From Synechococcus elongatus PCC 6301 (GTDB lineage Bacteria; Cyanobacteriota; Cyanobacteriia; Synechococcales; Synechococcaceae): a stretch of 32,000 nucleotides of DNA. The translations under genes were made by a program, and so were the position numbers. The notes beneath the pieces were generated by a model. The model had not been told where the DNA came from and did no database searches. It worked only from the letters and a program-made list of their open reading frames with translations. Every line of letters starts with the position of its first letter. Position 1 is the stretch's first letter. Shown here in pieces: positions 18,791 to 27,572 of this stretch. The stretch covers positions 300,001 through 332,000 of the forward strand of contig NC_006576.1 of assembly GCF_000010065.1 (NCBI RefSeq), given 5' to 3'.

Positions 18791-18902
18791 TCTGCAGGCA
18801 GGTGAGGACAATTTGATTTTGGCTTGGCTGGTGCGGATTGGACAGCCTCTGTCCTTTGGGGGAGTTGAGTCCCTCAACCCCCTCGCAAAAACGTCTTTTT
18901 TT
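18791..18902. repeat. Copy A of a dispersed hairpin-containing intergenic element
   Basis: TCTGCAGGCAGGTGAGGACAATTTG ... ACAGCCTCTGTCCTTTGGGGGAGTTGAG-TCC-CTCAACCCCCTCGCAA. Resembles 22220-22349. Confidence 0.5.
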
Positions 18903-19033
18903 GATAGAGATGATGTGGTGGCAGGGAAACAAGCTGCGTCAGAGTCGATCGCTTCAGACAAGGACAGTGATGTGGTTGCCCTAGACCAAGCTCTCACGCT
19001 ACGCTAGTTAACTGTTCGTTTCGCAGCAGAGCA

Positions 19034-19234
19034 ATGCCGAAACTCAAAACTCGCAAAGCAGCGGCGAAGCGGTTCCGCATCAGCGGTAACGGCAAAGCCA
19101 TCCGCCGTAAGGCTTTCAAAAACCACCTGCTCCAACACAAAAATGCCACCCGCAGACGCCGGCTTAGCCAGCCTGAGGTTGTGCATGAGACCGACCAAGA
19201 GCGGGTGAAGTTGATGCTGCCTTACTCCTTCTAG
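19034..19234 (+). CDS. rpmI: 50S ribosomal protein L35
   Basis: [44 protein letters not shown]. Confidence 0.97.
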   Translation: MPKLKTRKAAAKRFRISGNGKAIRRKAFKNHLLQHKNATRRRRLSQPEVVHETDQERVKLMLPYSF

Positions 19235-19278
19235 GACGCGGCCACTTCCCCTCTTAGTAAACCGAAGGATTCCAGACC

Positions 19279-19629
19279 ATGGCTCGAGTGAAGCGCGGCA
19301 ATGTTGCCCGCAAACGTCGTAACAAAATCCTGAAGCTGGCGAAGGGCTTCCGGAGCGGTAACTCCAAACTCTTCCGCACTGCCAACCAACGTGTCATGAA
19401 GGCATTGACCAATGCCTATCGTGACCGTCGTCGTCGCAAGCGGGACTTTCGCCGTCTTTGGATTGCCCGGATCAACGCCGCAGCTCGTCTGCACGGTGTC
19501 AGCTACAGCCGCTTGATCGGTGCTCTCAAGAAGGCCGACATTCAAATCAACCGCAAGATGCTCGCTCAATTGGCTGTCTTGGACAGTGCGGGCTTCAAAG
19601 CGATCGTGGACCTAGCACTGAAGGCTTAG
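19279..19629 (+). CDS. rplT: 50S ribosomal protein L20
   Basis: [62 protein letters not shown]. Confidence 0.98.
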   Translation: MARVKRGNVARKRRNKILKLAKGFRSGNSKLFRTANQRVMKALTNAYRDRRRRKRDFRRLWIARINAAARLHGVSYSRLIGALKKADIQINRKMLAQLAVLDSAGFKAIVDLALKA

Positions 19630-19639
19630 GTTAATCGTT

Positions 19640-20422
19640 ATGAATAAAGCCAGCCGACCGACCCTGTTGCGACGCTGGCTCCTTCTTGGGACGTCAGTAT
19701 TGGCGTCCTTTTTTTATGGTGCGAACACCAGCGGTACGATCGCAGCTGATCTAGAAACAATTAAGCGCCGCGGCTACCTGATCGTTGGTGTGCAAGCTAA
19801 CGTTGCCCCGCTGTCTTGGCAAGATGCCCAAGGTCAATGGCAGGGCTTTGAAGTCGATCTGGCGCGATCGCTGGCGGCAGAGTTATTAGGAAATTCAGCT
19901 GCAGTCCGATTTGAAGGCTTACAGAGCCGCGATCGCCTACCCGCCCTCCTAGCGGATCGCGTTGATCTACTGATCGCCCAAATGACCGTGACTGATGCGC
20001 GGCAGCGGGTGGCGCAGTTTAGTCGGCCCTACTACCGCGATCGCATTGGACTGCTCACAAGACGAGGGATCACTCAACCGCAGCGGGTAGCTGTCCTGCA
20101 GGGATCCAGTGCGATTCCCTTATTGCGCTGGCAAGCGCCCGAGTTGGCACTTGTGGGCGTCAAGAGCTACGCGGCAGCCCAAACGGCCCTCGATCGCGGT
20201 CAAGTCGATGGGATCGCGGCCGACCGCTTGGTTTTACAACAATGGCAGCGCCAGAGCGATCGCTATCAGCTGTTGCCCCAGCAATGGGGCGATTTTCCAC
20301 TGGCGATCGCCCTGCCTCAAGGACTGCAGTACCGATCCCTTCAAATTGCCATCGATCGCCTGATCCAGAACTGGGATGCAGATGACAAGCTAAGAGACAT
20401 CCGAAAGCGCTGGGGCCTTTGA
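19640..20422 (+). CDS. Family 3 extracellular solute-binding protein (polar amino acid-type ABC transporter)
   Basis: Signal-like N-terminus and ETIKRRGYLIVGVQANVAPLSWQDAQGQWQGFEVDLARSLAAELLG. Confidence 0.88.
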   Translation: MNKASRPTLLRRWLLLGTSVLASFFYGANTSGTIAADLETIKRRGYLIVGVQANVAPLSWQDAQGQWQGFEVDLARSLAAELLGNSAAVRFEGLQSRDRLPALLADRVDLLIAQMTVTDARQRVAQFSRPYYRDRIGLLTRRGITQPQRVAVLQGSSAIPLLRWQAPELALVGVKSYAAAQTALDRGQVDGIAADRLVLQQWQRQSDRYQLLPQQWGDFPLAIALPQGLQYRSLQIAIDRLIQNWDADDKLRDIRKRWGL

Positions 20423-20452
20423 GCCGCAGCCACCTGCTGGTCTTCTTTATCC

Positions 20453-21616
20453 ATGCCCAAGACATTATTGGCGTCGCCGCTCTCACCGAGTGAGCGCGAT
20501 CGCAAGTCCAGAGAGTTAGAGCGTACGATTCGCCGTGCCTCGGGGTTAACGCAGTCCTACTTATTTTTGGTCGTCACCTCAGCCCTTGTCGCAACCTTTG
20601 GGCTACTGGCTAACAGTGTGGCCGTAATCATCGGGGCGATGTTGATTGCTCCTGTGTTGCAACCGCTACGAGGTTTGGCGCTGGCTGGCGTCAATGGCAA
20701 TCCTCGCTTGCTCAAACGGGCCGGCATTAGCCTGTTGGTCGCCGTGCTATTGGCGATTGCCCTGTCTTGGTTTTTGGGGCGGGTCGTCGCCTTGCCCGAA
20801 TACGGCAGTGAGGTACTGGGTCGCACCAATCCCAACCTGATCGACCTCGGGATTGCTGTAGTGGCTGGTGCCGTCGCGGCCTATGCCAGCGTTGAGCACA
20901 ACCTCAGCGATGCGATTGCAGGGACCGGGATTGCAGTTGCTCTGATGCCGCCCTTAGCCACAGTCGGACTGACGTTAGCGCAGGGGGATTTGCGAGCCAG
21001 TGGCGGGGCAATGCTGCTCTTTTTGACGAACGTGGTGGGCATTATTCTGGCTGAAATTCTGACCTTCAAGTTGATGGGGGTCAGCCGCCACAAAACCTCA
21101 CGAGGCCTCTATCTCAGCCTAGTCCTCACCTCACTTTTGAGCATTCCCCTCGGCCTGAGTTTTTGGGAATCCCTACAGAATGCTCGTCTGCAACGTGACC
21201 TGCGGGAAATTCTGCTAACTGAAACGATTACGGTCGGGCGGCAAGTTCAGTTGCAGGGGGTCAATATCAACTGGAACCGCAAGCCGGTTGAAGTACAGCT
21301 GCAGGTGCGGGCGCTGCGCCCTGTTACACCGAGACAGGTCAAACTCGTTGAAACATTTCTTGAGAACAAATTGGGGCAACCCGTTCGCCTGATCTTCTTT
21401 GTCTCGAGTTCTGTGGAAGTGACCTCCGATGAGCCCCCAGAATTGGATATCCCCGAACCGGCCCCAACTAAACCGCCTGCTCCTGCTATAGAAACCAGCC
21501 CTGCAGGATCAGCTACAGACCCAGCGGCGGAAGCACAGCCAGCATCGGATACGGAAGCTGACTCCCCGACAGAACCAGCCACAGTGAAGCCACCGGCAGC
21601 TTCTGAGGTACCGTAA
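20453..21616 (+). CDS. DUF389 family membrane protein with a Pro/Glu/Thr-rich C-terminal tail
   Basis: SYLFLVVTSALVATFGLLANSVAVIIGAMLIAPVLQPLRGLALAGVNGN...DAIAGTGIAVALMPPLATVGL is typical of DUF389. The tail is EPPELDIPEPAPTKPPAPAIETSP... Confidence 0.85.
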   Translation: MPKTLLASPLSPSERDRKSRELERTIRRASGLTQSYLFLVVTSALVATFGLLANSVAVIIGAMLIAPVLQPLRGLALAGVNGNPRLLKRAGISLLVAVLLAIALSWFLGRVVALPEYGSEVLGRTNPNLIDLGIAVVAGAVAAYASVEHNLSDAIAGTGIAVALMPPLATVGLTLAQGDLRASGGAMLLFLTNVVGIILAEILTFKLMGVSRHKTSRGLYLSLVLTSLLSIPLGLSFWESLQNARLQRDLREILLTETITVGRQVQLQGVNINWNRKPVEVQLQVRALRPVTPRQVKLVETFLENKLGQPVRLIFFVSSSVEVTSDEPPELDIPEPAPTKPPAPAIETSPAGSATDPAAEAQPASDTEADSPTEPATVKPPAASEVP

Positions 21617-21645
21617 GGAACGGACCTACACTGCTGCGATCGCTC

Positions 21646-22173
21646 ATGGACGGGACCCCGACTCTCTACCTGTTTGCGTTGATTGGCCTGTTGGGGACAG
21701 CGGCATGGTTTGTGTTTCGCCAAGTCCTGAAAACTCGGCGCACCGAGGTAGATTTCAGCCGCCTCCAGCAGCAGTTGAGCCAAGGTCGCGGTGCTGCTGA
21801 GGATCACTACCGGTTGGGAAGCATCTTCCTTGAGAAAAAACTTTACGGCCCGGCGATCGCGCAGTTTCAACTGGCTCTCAAGGACAAAAATTTGACTGAT
21901 CCGGTAGGTTTAGCTCTGCTCTATAACGCCCTTGGCTATGCCTATGCAGCGCAGGAGCAGTTTGACCTCGCGATTCGGCAGTACAAAGAGGCGCTGGAGC
22001 AGCAGCCAGATTACGTGACCGCGCTGAATAACCTTGGCTTTGCCTACGAGAAGAAGCAGTTGCTCAGCCAAGCGATCGCCACCTACGAATCCGTCTTGGC
22101 TCTAGAGCCGAATAATCGCACCGCTCAACGGCGATCGCAGAGTTTGCAGCAGCGTGTCTCGCCCTCGACGTAA
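21646..22173 (+). CDS. TPR-repeat protein with one N-terminal transmembrane segment, Ycf37-like
   Basis: LYLFALIGLLGTAAWFVFRQVLK followed by TPRs (ALLYNALGYAYAAQEQFDLAIRQYKEALEQQPDYVTALNNLGFAYEKKQLLSQAIATYESVLALEPNN). Confidence 0.7.
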   Translation: MDGTPTLYLFALIGLLGTAAWFVFRQVLKTRRTEVDFSRLQQQLSQGRGAAEDHYRLGSIFLEKKLYGPAIAQFQLALKDKNLTDPVGLALLYNALGYAYAAQEQFDLAIRQYKEALEQQPDYVTALNNLGFAYEKKQLLSQAIATYESVLALEPNNRTAQRRSQSLQQRVSPST

Positions 22174-22219
22174 GCCCAGCGATCGCCTGTAATGTCTGGC
22201 CGAGAGCAAGTTGTGGTGC

Positions 22220-22349
22220 TCTGCAAGTAGGTTAGGACATTTTGTCTGAAGGGTATTGGCTGGGGAGTCAACAGCCGCTGTCCGTGGGGGTGATTGCGCA
22301 CCCCCACACCCACGCATTGGGGGACTCGACTTCCCCAAGCCCCCCGCAA
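22220..22349. repeat. Copy B of a dispersed hairpin-containing intergenic element, with an extra perfect hairpin
   Basis: TCTGCAAGTAGGTTAGGACATTTTG ... ACAGCCGCTGTCCGTGGGGG ... CCCCCCGCAA. Contains the perfect 9-bp stem GTGGGGGTG-ATTGCG-CACCCCCAC at 22284-22307. Confidence 0.5.
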
Positions 22350-22456
22350 CAAGATTTCGGGTGAGACTGATCGGTGGGGCCGCGATCGCTGCGGGTAAAA
22401 CTAGCCGGTGATGACCTTCGGTGTGAGGTCAATGGGATCACCCTAAAGCATCCTGT

Positions 22457-23992
22457 TTAACTTGCTAGATACTGTGCTATTTCCGACTGCAGCCGTTGCC
22501 CCAGCCAAGGTGTCAATTGGGCAGCAAGTTCCGTGGGTGTGACGCCCAAGGCTGTCTGCTTCTGCGCGATCGCCTGAGCGGTTCGGCTATGCCACCAAGT
22601 CGCGGCGATCGCGGCGGAGACGGCATCTGTTTGCGCCAAGAGTCCACCCAGCAATCCGGTCAGGACATCGCCTCTGCCGCCTCGGGCTAAGGCAGGTGTA
22701 CTGTCCACTAAGGCCCAACTCGCGCCAACGGGCGTCACCACCGTTGGAGAAGGCCCTTTGCGCACCAGAATGAGCGATCGCTCAGATGCGGCTGAAGAGA
22801 GGCTTGCGGGAGTGGGGGCAGACCCAAATAGCCGTTGAAATTCGCCCGCATGGGGTGTGATCACAGTCCTAGCCTCCGCCGGTCGTAAAGCCCAATCCTC
22901 AGGATGCTGAGCCAAGACGGTCAGCGCATCAGCATCGATCAAGAACGGTGTTGATTGCTGCAAAACCCTGTGCAGGATGGTGCGAATTGTTGGCCCGGTC
23001 CCAACCCCTGGTCCGATCGCAATGGCGTTGTAACGATCGCGGTCGATGGGCAGCTCAGCTATCTCGCCAGTCTCAGTTTCTGGACAAGCGACGACGAGAG
23101 CTTCTGGAACTTGAGCGATCGCGATCGCACTCAGACTGGCAGGCACCGCTAGGGTCATCATCCCGACGCCACTCGATCGGGCCGCCAAAGCCGCTAATAG
23201 CGCCGCACCCCGATAGCGCTGGGAACCCGCGATTAACAGTAGCTGGCCGCGCCGATACTTGTGAGCATCCGCCGCGATCGGGAGCGGTAAAGCCGCGATC
23301 GCCGCTTCATCGGTCAGGATCTGGCGATCGGGGACTGGTCCCAAAACGGCAACAATATCTGCTTCAGCAATGCCGAAATCAACCCGCTCCAACTCACCAT
23401 GCCAAGGAGCTGCCACCAGCTGAAGTAATCCTTGCTTCCAAAGCCCTAAGCAATACGTTCGTTCCGCTCGAATTGCTGCGCCGAGCGGCTCGCCAGAATC
23501 AGTATCTAAGCCAGAGGGCAGGTCGATGCTGAGGATTGGTTTGCCACTGTCATTGAGCTGGGCGATCGCGGTTTGTGTTGCTTCATTCAACGGGCGATTC
23601 AGCCCAAAACCAAAGCCCCCGTCCAGCCAGCGATCGCAATGCTCGGGATAGTCGCAGGCGATCGAAATCCCGAGGTGCTGGGCAAATTGCAGATGTGCCT
23701 CGGTCAGAGGCTTGCGGCGCTCAAACGGATGCCAGATTTGCACTGGATAGCCCTGCAGGTGTAATTCCCGCGCAACTACTAACGCATCACCGCCGTTGTG
23801 CCCTGGCCCCACCCAAATGCCCCAGCGTTGGGTGCGATCGGGGTATGCCATCTGCAAGCGTTGACTGAGCAGACCCGCGACTTTCTCCATCAGTGCGGCG
23901 ACGGGCATGCCAGCAGCAAACAAACGCGATTCGATCGCCTGCATCTGCTCCGCAGTCACCACCACGCGATCGGCCAAAGACAGTGCTGCCAT
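22457..23992 (-). CDS. nnrD: Bifunctional NAD(P)H-hydrate epimerase / ADP-dependent NAD(P)H-hydrate dehydratase
   Basis: N-domain: WVGPGHNGGDALVVARELHLQGYPVQ and DLPSGLDTDSGE. C-domain: GSQRYRGAALLAALAARSSGVGMM...AIAIGPGVG...VVTPVGASWALVDSTPALARGGRGDVLTGLLGG. The start is placed at 23992 to avoid overlap with the divergent gene. Confidence 0.9.
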   Translation of the reverse strand: MAALSLADRVVVTAEQMQAIESRLFAAGMPVAALMEKVAGLLSQRLQMAYPDRTQRWGIWVGPGHNGGDALVVARELHLQGYPVQIWHPFERRKPLTEAHLQFAQHLGISIACDYPEHCDRWLDGGFGFGLNRPLNEATQTAIAQLNDSGKPILSIDLPSGLDTDSGEPLGAAIRAERTYCLGLWKQGLLQLVAAPWHGELERVDFGIAEADIVAVLGPVPDRQILTDEAAIAALPLPIAADAHKYRRGQLLLIAGSQRYRGAALLAALAARSSGVGMMTLAVPASLSAIAIAQVPEALVVACPETETGEIAELPIDRDRYNAIAIGPGVGTGPTIRTILHRVLQQSTPFLIDADALTVLAQHPEDWALRPAEARTVITPHAGEFQRLFGSAPTPASLSSAASERSLILVRKGPSPTVVTPVGASWALVDSTPALARGGRGDVLTGLLGGLLAQTDAVSAAIAATWWHSRTAQAIAQKQTALGVTPTELAAQLTPWLGQRLQSEIAQYLAS

Positions 23993-24042
23993 CAGTTCTC
24001 CTGCCGCTATCCTCAAAACACAATAGGGCGGGTCAGACAAAG

Positions 24043-24570
24043 ATGGCTGAGCGGTGTTTTCAGCAAGCGATCGCATTTCAAGCCAGTTGCGCGGCGGTCG
24101 AAGCTTGCTTCCAGGATTTAGAGCTGATGCATCGCTGGCTCAACCCACTCCTGCGCTGTCGCCCTGAGGGGGACTGGAATCTCGATCGCGGTAGCCGCAA
24201 CCGATTTCAGATCCAAATTCCCTTGATCTATCCCAGTCTGGAGTGTGTTGTTTGCGATCGCGCCGAAGGACTGATTGTCTGGCAGTTTGAAGGATTTTTT
24301 CAGGGAACCGACACTTGGCGCTGGTGGCAGGAGGGTGAGCACACCCAACTCGACAATTGCTTCCGCTTCCGGATTGCCAAGCCCTGGGTTGCTTGGGGCT
24401 TCGATCGCGTCGCGGCCGGAGTCACACAACGAGATATGCAAGCCCAACTTCAGCGGCTTAAAGCGATCGCAGAAACATTACCCGTCGCCTCGACAGTGAC
24501 AGATAATCTGCCCAGTCCCAGCCCCGAGGCCGCCGCTAGTCCATCCACTCCAGCAGACCGTCCTCTCTAG
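24043..24570 (+). CDS. Conserved hypothetical protein, SRPBCC-like (cyanobacterial DUF1997-type)
   Basis: MAERCFQQAIAFQASCAAVEACFQDLELMHRWLNPLLRCRPEGDW. The start is taken at MAERCF rather than the track's 23893. Family assignment is from pattern only. Confidence 0.6.
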   Translation: MAERCFQQAIAFQASCAAVEACFQDLELMHRWLNPLLRCRPEGDWNLDRGSRNRFQIQIPLIYPSLECVVCDRAEGLIVWQFEGFFQGTDTWRWWQEGEHTQLDNCFRFRIAKPWVAWGFDRVAAGVTQRDMQAQLQRLKAIAETLPVASTVTDNLPSPSPEAAASPSTPADRPL

Positions 24571-24628
24571 AAGGTTTTGGTTCAAGTTCCCTTGATAAAA
24601 TCACCCCACGCGATCGCCGGAGTGATTC

Positions 24629-25366
24629 ATGGGCAGCGCTTCTTCTTGCCGCCGCATCTACATTGGCACTGAAGCCAACCAATACTTAGCGGAGCAGACG
24701 TTGATCTATTCGATCCGCAAGCACCTTTCGGATCCCAGCATTGAGATCATTCCGCTGACCCAAACTCAGCAGCGCGTTGGTGGCACCCGTTTTGGCTTTG
24801 TGCGTTTCACGCTACCGCAAGCAATGGGCTATCAGGGCAAAGCCCTCTACCTCGATGCCGACCAGCTAGCCCTCACTGATTTAGCGCCAATCTTTGACCT
24901 TTTGCCAGACGACAAGGCGATCGCCTGCGTCTACGAAGCAGAAGGGCTTTACAACGGCAAACCCCATGTCCAGACCTGGCATACCAGCGTCATGCTGCTG
25001 GACTGTGAGCAACTAGCCTGGCAACCAGATGAGCTGTTTGCCACAGTGGTGCCGAACAAGCAAGAACCTAAGCCTGGTCAGATTCGCTATCGCAACTTCA
25101 TGGAGCTGCAATGGTTCGAGCAGGAGCGCATTGCCAAGCTGCCGCCTTCTTGGAATCACTTCAACATCGTGACGCCCGAGACGAACATTGTGCACTTTTC
25201 CCATGTCCGTAGTCAGCCTTGGAAAAATCCTCGCCATGAGTTGACGGATTTTTGGCTGGGTTATCTCAAGGAAGCGATCGCAGCAGGTTATTTACGGCGA
25301 CGGGATGTAGTCGCAGCAGTTGCACGGGGACATGTTCACCCTTGGACGCTCAAAGCGATCGCCTAG
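24629..25366 (+). CDS. Glycosyltransferase family 8-like protein
   Basis: IYIGTEANQYLAEQTLIYSIRKHLSDPSIEIIPL...KALYLDADQLALTDLAPIFDL (DxD-like YLDAD) and NIVHFSH. Confidence 0.7.
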   Translation: MGSASSCRRIYIGTEANQYLAEQTLIYSIRKHLSDPSIEIIPLTQTQQRVGGTRFGFVRFTLPQAMGYQGKALYLDADQLALTDLAPIFDLLPDDKAIACVYEAEGLYNGKPHVQTWHTSVMLLDCEQLAWQPDELFATVVPNKQEPKPGQIRYRNFMELQWFEQERIAKLPPSWNHFNIVTPETNIVHFSHVRSQPWKNPRHELTDFWLGYLKEAIAAGYLRRRDVVAAVARGHVHPWTLKAIA

Positions 25367-25378
25367 GCGACCGAGAGT

Positions 25379-25585
25379 CTAGAAACCAAGGCGTTCCCAG
25401 TTGAGAATCAACACGGTTGCCAAAACGAGGGTGACGCCCAGCATGGCAAAGCGGCCATTCCAGATCTCAGCCTGTGGCGTAAAACCACGTTTCCAGGCAT
25501 TCAACTCTTCTCTAGGCACAAGAGGTGTGACGTCGGTTTCTGAAACGTCAGTGAGGTTGAGCACGCGGCTATCAATAGGGGCCAT
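25379..25585 (-). CDS. High-light-inducible-type chlorophyll a/b-binding-like protein
   Basis: WKRGFTPQAEIWNGRFAMLGVTLVLATVLI is the LHC/HLIP motif. The start is taken at MAPIDSR. Confidence 0.85.
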   Translation of the reverse strand: MAPIDSRVLNLTDVSETDVTPLVPREELNAWKRGFTPQAEIWNGRFAMLGVTLVLATVLILNWERLGF

Positions 25586-25864
25586 AAGGGGGATCCGAGG
25601 ATTGCACTCCAACCTGGATTTAGGATCAGGTCTGATCCCTGCCAGATGATTAGTTGCTTTACATATTGACATCATTACAAAAATTGTGGGTGGCTGCCCT
25701 TACTGTTAGCGCTGCGCATCAGAAGAGTCATCTTTAGACCGGTTGAGAACCGGCTACCCTGATTAGCTCTCTATTAACTTTTGCAAGCTTTCTGAAATAG
25801 CTGAGCTGCAATCCGTTGAACGCCTCCATGAACCGGCGCCAAGGTATTGGTAGCGTCACACTGC

Positions 25865-27262
25865 TCAGTTCAATCCAAGGATGGCGCGGGCGAGCTGGAG
25901 ATAGACAAACACACCAGCGACGTCAACTACCGTAGTGATGAAGGGTGCAGACATCAACGCCGGATCGAGGCCAAGGCGTTTGAAGACCAGGGGTAGGACT
26001 GATCCAGCAGTGGAAGCCAAGATCGAAATCACCAGCAAGCTGAACCCCACCGCGATCGCGACTTGCCAGTTGCGTTCCAGCAGAAACGCCCAAACAGTGA
26101 CCACCGCAGCCAGCATGACTCCCAGTAAGGCTCCAGCAATCAACTCCCGCGACACAATCGTCATCGGGTTCATACTCCGCAGGCGATCGGTGTTCAAGCC
26201 TCGAATCACAACCGTGGAAGACTGCGCCCCCACATTGCCGCCGGTGCCAATCAATAGCGGAATAAAGGCAGCTAAGGCAACCACTTTAGACAGCACATCT
26301 TCTTGACTGCTAATCACTGCACTCGTGCCAGTATTCGTAATCAACAAGACAAATAGCCAAACCACTCGGCGGCGGGCTACCGTCAGCAAATTGGTCTGGA
26401 AGTAGTCATCTTCACCCGACTGCACGCCGCCCAGGGTGTAGATATCTTCGGTTGCTTCCTCTTCCAAAATGTCGATCACATCATCGACGGTGACGATCCC
26501 GACTAGCCGTTCTTCGCGATCAACGACTGGCACTGCCAGCAAGTCATAACGCTGGATCACCCGGGCGACTTCTTCTTGATCTGTGTCGGTATGCACACTG
26601 ATCACATCGCGGGTCATCAGTGCACCAATACTGTCCTCCGGGGGGGCTACCAACAGCTCCCGCAGCGATAAAATTCCAGTCAGCCGACGACTGACATCCG
26701 TAACGTAAAGGGTATAGATCGTTTCGGTGCGGGGCGCCATCAAGCGCACGCGAGCCAGCGCCTGATCACCCGTCATTCCCTCTTTCAAGGCAACGTATTC
26801 CGGGGTCATCAACCGGCCTGCTGTGCCCGTTCCACAGCCGAGCAGCAGTGATGTAATCTCGCGTTCCGCGGGACTGAGTTGCTGCAGTAGCCGCCGGACA
26901 ATTTTGGCAGGGAGCTCATCAAACAAGCGCACGCGATCGTCGGGCGACATCTGCTCGACGAGGTCGAGGACATCCTGACTGCGCAATTCATCAATCAGTG
27001 CTTGCTGCACCGTGCTGTCGAGGTACTCGTACACCTCGATCGCTTCATCTTTGGGTAGAAGACGGAAAGCAAGAGCCTGTAGCGTTTCAGGTAACCCTTC
27101 GATCGCCTCAGCAATGTCGGGATATTGCACCGGCTGGAGCAGGACTTTAGCTCCTTGATAGTCGTTGATTTCCAACAACCCCTGTAGTTGCTGTCGAACG
27201 ATATCGCGAAGCTCTTGGCTGGCGATCGTCCCTTGACCTTGCTCTCGGTTGCTGTCGACCAC
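25865..27262 (-). CDS. mgtE: Magnesium transporter MgtE
   Basis: MgtE N-domain, CBS pair (MTRDVISVHTDTDQEEVARVIQRYDLLAVPVVDREERLVGIVTVDDVIDIL), and membrane domain LIGTGGNVGAQSSTVVIRGL. Confidence 0.95.
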   Translation of the reverse strand: MVDSNREQGQGTIASQELRDIVRQQLQGLLEINDYQGAKVLLQPVQYPDIAEAIEGLPETLQALAFRLLPKDEAIEVYEYLDSTVQQALIDELRSQDVLDLVEQMSPDDRVRLFDELPAKIVRRLLQQLSPAEREITSLLLGCGTGTAGRLMTPEYVALKEGMTGDQALARVRLMAPRTETIYTLYVTDVSRRLTGILSLRELLVAPPEDSIGALMTRDVISVHTDTDQEEVARVIQRYDLLAVPVVDREERLVGIVTVDDVIDILEEEATEDIYTLGGVQSGEDDYFQTNLLTVARRRVVWLFVLLITNTGTSAVISSQEDVLSKVVALAAFIPLLIGTGGNVGAQSSTVVIRGLNTDRLRSMNPMTIVSRELIAGALLGVMLAAVVTVWAFLLERNWQVAIAVGFSLLVISILASTAGSVLPLVFKRLGLDPALMSAPFITTVVDVAGVFVYLQLARAILGLN

Positions 27263-27572
27263 GCCTTCTCCCTCGCGGCTCCCGAGAGTCTATCAAGAAT
27301 GCTCCCTATCGGATCAGGACGATCGCGGAAGTTGCGGCAGACAGCGGGGATGACCGCAGGAGGAACAGAATTCTCTCTCATCCTCCTCTCGTCGAGGTTC
27401 TGGCAAATGACTATTGAGAAGCAGAAGCAAGCGTGAGTAAAAGTGCGGAGATTCCCTGAGAGGCACCCCAGAGCCCTCACAGCGCCTTGGGCCGCATCCG
27501 CCGAAGAGCAACGCCCTGGCTTGCTCAGGCCGATGGCTCGGTAGACTCGTAAGCAACGCTGGTTCCTCTGTC

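Noticed and set aside
18729-18997. Small - strand ORFs (67 and 82 aa) upstream of rpmI
   Set aside because: They lie in the intergenic repeat element and have no convincing RBS. They are more likely a by-product of the repeat than a gene.
22948-23532. 194-aa + strand ORF antisense to the nnr gene
   Set aside because: Opposite strand of a clearly conserved enzyme. The sequence is Arg/Ser/Pro rich without motifs.
25935-26306. 123-aa + strand ORF antisense to mgtE
   Set aside because: Shadow frame. The mgtE membrane domain on the other strand is clear.
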